Source: an uncultured Actinomycetota bacterium
Lineage (GTDB): Bacteria; Actinomycetota; Actinomycetes; Streptosporangiales; Streptosporangiaceae
Length of the DNA: 64,000 nucleotides
Direction: 5' to 3'
Assembly (NCBI GenBank): GCA_963711535.1
Contig: CAVQEN010000020.1
Span: 220,211-284,210, forward strand
Both the position numbers and the translations under genes were made by a program. The notes below the pieces were generated by a model. That model was not told the DNA's origin, searched no databases, and worked only from the letters and a program-made list of their open reading frames with translations. The first letter of the stretch is position 1; each line of letters starts with the position of its first letter. Positions 58,965 through 64,000 of the stretch are shown one piece after another.

Positions 58965-60707
58965 AGCTTCTCCAGGTAGCGATGCACCAGCATGACCGCC
59001 ATCGCGCCCTCGCCGACTGCCGAGGCGACGCGCTTAGCTGACTCAGCCCGCACGTCTCCGGCGACGAACACGCCCGGCACGCTGCTTTCCAGGTGGTAGG
59101 GCGGCCGGTCGAGCGGCCAGCCCGCCGGCGACTTGCCGTTCACCAGCAGGTCCGGGCCTGACAGCACGAACCCGTGGTCGTCGCGCTCCACCACTTCCGC
59201 CAGCCACTGAGTGAGCGGTGCCGCTCCGATGAACACGAACAGATACTGAGCCGGGACAGTCTGCGTCTCGCCCGTCTTGCTATCGCGCAGGGTCAGCCGT
59301 TCCAGGTGGTCGGAACCGTAGGCCTCGGCGACCTCCGTGCAGGTGCGCACCTTGATAGCCGGGATGTTCTCGACCTGCTCGATAAGGTAGTGCGACATCG
59401 ACTTGGTCAGCGAGTCGGAGCGCACGAGGATCGTGACCGAGCGGGCGCCTTTGGCCAGGTAGACCGCAGCCTGCCCGGCCGAGTTGGCGCCGCCCACGAT
59501 GTAGATGTTCTCGTCGACGCAGCTCGTCGCCTCGGTGAGCGCGGACCCGTAAAACACGCCACGTCCGGTCACGTTCGCGATGCCCGGCGCAGTCAGCTGG
59601 CGGTAAGCGACACCGGTCGCCAGGATGACGGTGTGCGCGCTGATCGAGCTGCCGTCGGCGAAGTGCACAGTCCGCGCTGATCCGGTCACCTCCAGACCCG
59701 TCACGTCACGGGTGGTGAGGATCTCCGCGCCGAACTTCTGGGCCTGCCGGCGGGCCCGGTCGGTCAGCTGCGCGCCGGACACTCCGTCGGGGAAGCCCAG
59801 GTAGTTCTCGATCCGCGAGCTCTGCCCGGCCTGACCGCCGGTCGCGGTCCGCTCGACCAGGACGGTGCGCAGCCCCTCTGATGCACCGTAGACGGCGGCT
59901 CCAAGGCCCGCGGGTCCGCCGCCGATGACGATCAGGTCGTAGAAGTCGGTCGACGGCGTCGTCGCGAGACCGACGTGGCTGGCCAGGTCCGGCTCGGACG
60001 GCTCGATCAGCACTGTGCCGTCCGGCGCCACCACGACGGGCAGCCGCTCCGCGTCGGCCTGCGCTGCCGCCAGAAGCTCGCGGCCGACCTGATCGTCGAT
60101 CGAGAACCACTTGTACGGCACCTGGTTGCGCGCCAGGAACTCCCGCACCTCGGACGAGCGGGCGGACCAGCGGTGACCGATGACCTTGGTCTCCGGTACC
60201 GGCTTGTGGTCTGACGACAGCCATGTCTCCAGCAGCGAGTCGACGACCGGGTAGAGCTTCTCCTCAGGCGGGTCCCACGGCTTGAGCAGGTAGTAGTCGA
60301 GGTCCACCACGTTGATTGCCTCGATCGCGGCACCGGTGTCGGCGTAGGCAGTGAGCAGCGCCCGCCGCGCGCCGGGGTAAATGTCCATCGCCCGCTCGAG
60401 GAACTCGATCCCGTTGAGCTGCGGCATCCGGTAGTCAGCCAGGATCACGGCCACCAGATCGCCGCGGAGCCTCATCTCCCGCAGCGCCTCGAAGGCCGGC
60501 CTCGCCTGACTCCGCCCGGACAATCCGGTACTTCTCGCCGTAGTGCCGCCGCAGGTCGCGTGCGACCGCCCGGGAGACGTCCGGGTCGTCGTCGACGGTG
60601 AGAATGGCAGGCCGTGGCCGGGCCTTGGCCTCCGAGTTGGCATCTGGGCGTAGATCAGCGGGTGCTGCAGGCGCATCGTCCATCTGCCCATCGTAGGAGC
60701 CGGACAC
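58961..60707 (-). pseudogene. Response-regulator receiver + thioredoxin-fold-like + TrxR-like flavoprotein fusion, apparently frameshifted in the receiver domain
   Basis: Receiver N-terminus ILTVDDDPDVSRAVARDLRRHYGEKYRIVRAESGEAG lies in track ORF 60435..60707. The continuation FEALREMRLRGDLVAVILADYRMPQLNGIEFL...YLLKPW lies in ORF 58961..60982. Removing one G at 60493-60494 joins them. Downstream are FAD motif DLIVIGGGPAGLGAAVYGA and NAD(P)H motif IYIVGGANSAGQAAVYLA. Confidence 0.75.
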
Positions 60708-60831
60708 CGCGTCGTCCCGCCGCGGTAAAGCGTCGCGCCGGGATGCTGTCGTTTCCGGGCATTACCGGTGAGCGCGGCATGCCGGTTATGACCGCACAAG
60801 GCCGGCGGCAGCCCGTGGCGCCTGTCACGCC

Positions 60832-63696
60832 ATGAGATCATGGGCTGTGCCGCCTGGTGAGCCTGAGATTGCCGCGCACCTGCGCTCGCGCGGCCTGCGC
60901 GAGGTCGACGTGTCAGCCCGCCGCCGCGCGGAGTACTCGAGCGACGCCTCGCTCTACCGGGTCGTGCCGGCTGCCGTCGCATTCCCGAGGTCCGCCGAGG
61001 ACATCGCGCTGGCCGTCGAGGTGTGCCGCGAGCACCAGGTGCCGCTCACGCTCCGCGGCGCCGGCACCTCGCTGGCCGGCAACGCGATCGGGCCGGGCGT
61101 CGTGCTCGACGTGTCCCGCTATCTGACACGCATCCTGAGCATCGACCCGGACGCGCAGACAGCAGTCGTCGAACCCGGCGTCATCCTCGACGACCTGCAG
61201 CGCGCCGCGGCGCCGCACGGGCTGCGGCTCGGCCCCGACCCGTCGACCCACAGCCGGTGCACGATCGGCGGCATGATCGGCAACAACGCGTGCGGCTCAC
61301 GCGCCCTGCGTTACGGCCGCACGGCCGACAACGTCCTCGCGCTCGACGTCGTGACCGGCGCCGGCGAGCTGCTCAGTATCAGCTCGCCGATGCCGGAAGC
61401 TCCGCTGGCAGAAGCTCGCGCGCTGACCGCCCTGCGCGAGGTGATCGGCTCGCACCTGGCGGTGGTCCGCACCGAGTTCGGCCGCTTCGGCCGGCAGGTG
61501 TCCGGCTACTCGCTGGAGCACCTCCTGCCGGAGCGCGGCTTCGATGTACCGAAAGCGCTCGTCGGCACCGAGGGCACCTGCGCGGTCACCACTCGGGCGA
61601 CAGTCCGCCTGCGGCCTGCTCCGCCCCGCACCGTTCTCGCTGTACTCGGCTACCCCGAACTCGCGGACGCCGCCGACGCGGTGCCGCAGCTGCTGCCGCT
61701 CGACCCGGTCGCGATCGAGGGACTGGACTCCGGTATCACCGACCTCGGACGGGCGGCGCTCGGCCCGGCGGCGGCGCCCGACCTGCCGCCCGGCCGCGGC
61801 CTGCTGATGGTCGAGCTGCCGGGCACCTCCGACGCCGACCTCACCGACGCCGTCGCCCGGCTGCTCGCGGCCGCGGGCGGCCCTCCGCACACGGTCGCCG
61901 CCGACCCCCGTCAGGCCGCAGCCATCTGGCGAATTCGCGAGGACGGGGCCGGGCTCGTGGCCAGGCCGGAGGGCGGCCGTGCGCACCACGCCGGCTGGGA
62001 GGACGCAGCCGTCCCGCCTGCGCGTCTCGGCCGCTACCTGCGCGAATTCACCGCCCTGATGCGCGAGCACCGGCTGCACGGGCTGCCGTACGGGCACTTC
62101 GGCGACGGCTGCGTGCACGTCCGGCTCGACTTCGACTTCACCGCGCCGGGGCGCTTCCGCGACTTCCTGACCGACGCCGCCGACCTGGTGGCCAGGCACG
62201 GCGGCTCCATGTCCGGCGAGCACGGCGACGGCCGCGCTCGCAGCGAGCTGCTGCCGCGCATGTACTCGGGCGAGGCGATCGCGGCGTTCGGCGAGGTCAA
62301 GGCCATCTTCGACCCGGACGACATCCTCAATCCCGGTGTCATCACCAGCCCGCGCCCGCTGGATGCCGACCTGCGCCCGGCGCGGCCGCACAGTTATCAG
62401 GCCGGGCTCGGCTTCCGGTACGAGCACGACAACGGTGACTTCGGCGCGGCGGTCAGCCGGTGCACCGGGGTCGGCAAGTGCCGCGCCGACCTGACACCGG
62501 GCGGCGGGGTCATGTGCCCGTCGTATCAGGCCACCCGCGACGAGAAAGACTCCACCAGGGCGCGCGCCCGGGTGCTGCAGGAGCTGGTGTCCGGTGCCGT
62601 TCCCAGCCGGTGGCGCTCCGCTGAACTCGCCGAGTCGCTGGATCTGTGCCTGTCGTGCCGCGCCTGCTCAGCCGACTGCCCGACCGGCACCGACATGGCC
62701 ACCTATAAGGCCGAGGCGCTTTACCAGCGCTACCGGGGCCGGCTGCGCCCGCCCGCGCATTACGCGCTCGGGTGGCTGCCGCGCTGGGCCCGGGCCGCGT
62801 CGCGGACGCCGCGGCTGGTGAACGCGCTGATGTCGGCGCCTGTGCTGGCCGCAGCTGGCGCCCGCCTGGCCGGAGTGGACCCGCGCCGGCGGCTGCCGCG
62901 CTTCGCCGGCCAGACGTTCCGGGACTGGTTCAGCCGCCACGAGGGCCCGGTCGACGGCATGCCGGTGGTGCTGTGGGCCGACACGTTCACCAGCTACTTC
63001 CGGCCGGGGGCGGGCATCGCGGCCGTCGCGGTGCTGGAGGCGGCCGGCTATCGCGTCACCCTGTCGCGCGAAGGCGACTGCTGCGGCCTCACCTGGATCT
63101 CGACGGGCCAGCTCCCGACTGCGCGCGCCATGCTGAGCCGGGCGCTCGCAGGCCTCGTTTCTGGCTCCCTCGTTTCTGGCGGCACTGAGCAGATGCCGGT
63201 CGTCGGTCTTGAGCCCTCGTGCGTGGCGGCCTTCCGGGGGGACGCGAGCGGGCTCGCCGACGCGAGCGTGGCGGCGGCCGGCGCGCGGGTGCTGACGCTG
63301 GCCGAACTACTCGCGGCCACGCCAGGCTGGCAGCCGCCCGCGCACCTGGCCGGCCTGGCCGTCCTCGCCCAGCCGCACTGCCACCACCACGCGGTGATGG
63401 GCTGGGAGGCTGACGCCCAGCTGCTCGCAGGGGCCGGCGCGGCCGTCACCCGGGTCGGCGGCTGCTGCGGGCTGGCTGGCAACTTCGGCATGGAGAAAGG
63501 CCACTACGACCTCAGCTTCGCAGTAGCGCGCACGGCCCTCGTCCCGGCTCTCGAAGCCCACTTCACGACCGGAAACGAGGTCGTCCTCGCCGACGGCTTC
63601 TCCTGCCGGACTCAGCTGGGGGAACTCACCGACAAGCCGGTGTGGCATCTGGCCGAGCTGCTGGCCGGCTGCCATCTGGACGACGCGGGGCGCTAG
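60832..63696 (+). CDS. FAD-binding oxidoreductase fused to an Fe-S / CCG-type domain (GlcD-GlcF / D-lactate dehydrogenase-like)
   Basis: FAD PCMH domain LRGAGTSLAGNAIGPGVVLD, GMIGNNACG. Cys clusters CTGVGKC...MCPSY and CLSCRACSADCP, plus C-terminal CCG-like CCGLTW / GCCGLAGNFG. Confidence 0.9.
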   Translation: MRSWAVPPGEPEIAAHLRSRGLREVDVSARRRAEYSSDASLYRVVPAAVAFPRSAEDIALAVEVCREHQVPLTLRGAGTSLAGNAIGPGVVLDVSRYLTRILSIDPDAQTAVVEPGVILDDLQRAAAPHGLRLGPDPSTHSRCTIGGMIGNNACGSRALRYGRTADNVLALDVVTGAGELLSISSPMPEAPLAEARALTALREVIGSHLAVVRTEFGRFGRQVSGYSLEHLLPERGFDVPKALVGTEGTCAVTTRATVRLRPAPPRTVLAVLGYPELADAADAVPQLLPLDPVAIEGLDSGITDLGRAALGPAAAPDLPPGRGLLMVELPGTSDADLTDAVARLLAAAGGPPHTVAADPRQAAAIWRIREDGAGLVARPEGGRAHHAGWEDAAVPPARLGRYLREFTALMREHRLHGLPYGHFGDGCVHVRLDFDFTAPGRFRDFLTDAADLVARHGGSMSGEHGDGRARSELLPRMYSGEAIAAFGEVKAIFDPDDILNPGVITSPRPLDADLRPARPHSYQAGLGFRYEHDNGDFGAAVSRCTGVGKCRADLTPGGGVMCPSYQATRDEKDSTRARARVLQELVSGAVPSRWRSAELAESLDLCLSCRACSADCPTGTDMATYKAEALYQRYRGRLRPPAHYALGWLPRWARAASRTPRLVNALMSAPVLAAAGARLAGVDPRRRLPRFAGQTFRDWFSRHEGPVDGMPVVLWADTFTSYFRPGAGIAAVAVLEAAGYRVTLSREGDCCGLTWISTGQLPTARAMLSRALAGLVSGSLVSGGTEQMPVVGLEPSCVAAFRGDASGLADASVAAAGARVLTLAELLAATPGWQPPAHLAGLAVLAQPHCHHHAVMGWEADAQLLAGAGAAVTRVGGCCGLAGNFGMEKGHYDLSFAVARTALVPALEAHFTTGNEVVLADGFSCRTQLGELTDKPVWHLAELLAGCHLDDAGR

Positions 63697-64000
63697 CGGC
63701 CGCCGGCGACATCCAGGATGCTGCCGGTGCAGTAGGCCGCGTCGTCGCTGAGCAGCCAGCAGGCGGCCGCCGCGACTTCGGCGGCCGTTCCGGCCCGGCC
63801 CATCGGGATCGTCGGGCCGATGCGGGCAACGCGGTCGGGCTGGTTTCCGCTTGCGTGGATCCCGGTGTCGATGATGCCGGGCCGGACGACGTTGACCCGG
63901 ATGCCCTCGGTGGCGGTCTCGCGGGCCAGGCCGAGGCCCAGGCTGTCGACCGCGCCCTTGGACGCGGCGTAGTCCACGTATTCGCCGGCCGAGCCAAGCC
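63693..64000 (-). CDS. SDR-family oxidoreductase (C-terminal part; 5' end outside window)
   Basis: YAASKGAVDSL (YxxxK), [47 protein letters not shown]. The ORF is open to the window end. Confidence 0.8.
   Translation of the reverse strand, partial: LGSAGEYVDYAASKGAVDSLGLGLARETATEGIRVNVVRPGIIDTGIHASGNQPDRVARIGPTIPMGRAGTAAEVAAAACWLLSDDAAYCTGSILDVAGGR

Overview
High-GC actinobacterial chromosomal segment (GC not computed), densely coding on both strands. All calls were made by eye from the ORF translations and the raw sequence; no searches or folding programs were run.

The backbone is conserved housekeeping synteny:
- a pdtaR-like ANTAR regulator, then polA, rpsA, coaE and uvrB
- pyrG-nudix-ald-xerD-parA-scpA-scpB-rluB-aroH-tyrA-cmk-der

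Accessory material is interspersed:
- two paralogous PadR + MacB/FtsX-type ABC loci (1-3897 and 42021-47171)
- a small islet 3' of an odd tRNA, carrying a GyrI-like gene, a frameshifted methyltransferase and a LAGLIDADG/HTH protein
- an IS110-family insertion between a GT-C glycosyltransferase gene and uvrB
- two convergent WhiJ/BldB-type (XRE+DUF397) modules with a SpoIIAB-like ATPase
- an archaeal-type AspRS behind a T-box leader
- a DUF222/HNH gene
- a cytoplasmic cNMP-domain histidine kinase coupled to a receiver/TrxR-like fusion

There are no rRNA genes and no CRISPR array. Four genes look frameshifted at short nucleotide runs, which may be assembly error.

The most interesting signals are:
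- a class-I-shaped tRNA with a CAA (Leu) anticodon
- the T-box/aspS2 pair
- the REC-flavoprotein two-component pair
- the long non-coding end of the IS110 element (candidate bridge RNA)
- a Ros/MucR-type zinc-finger protein
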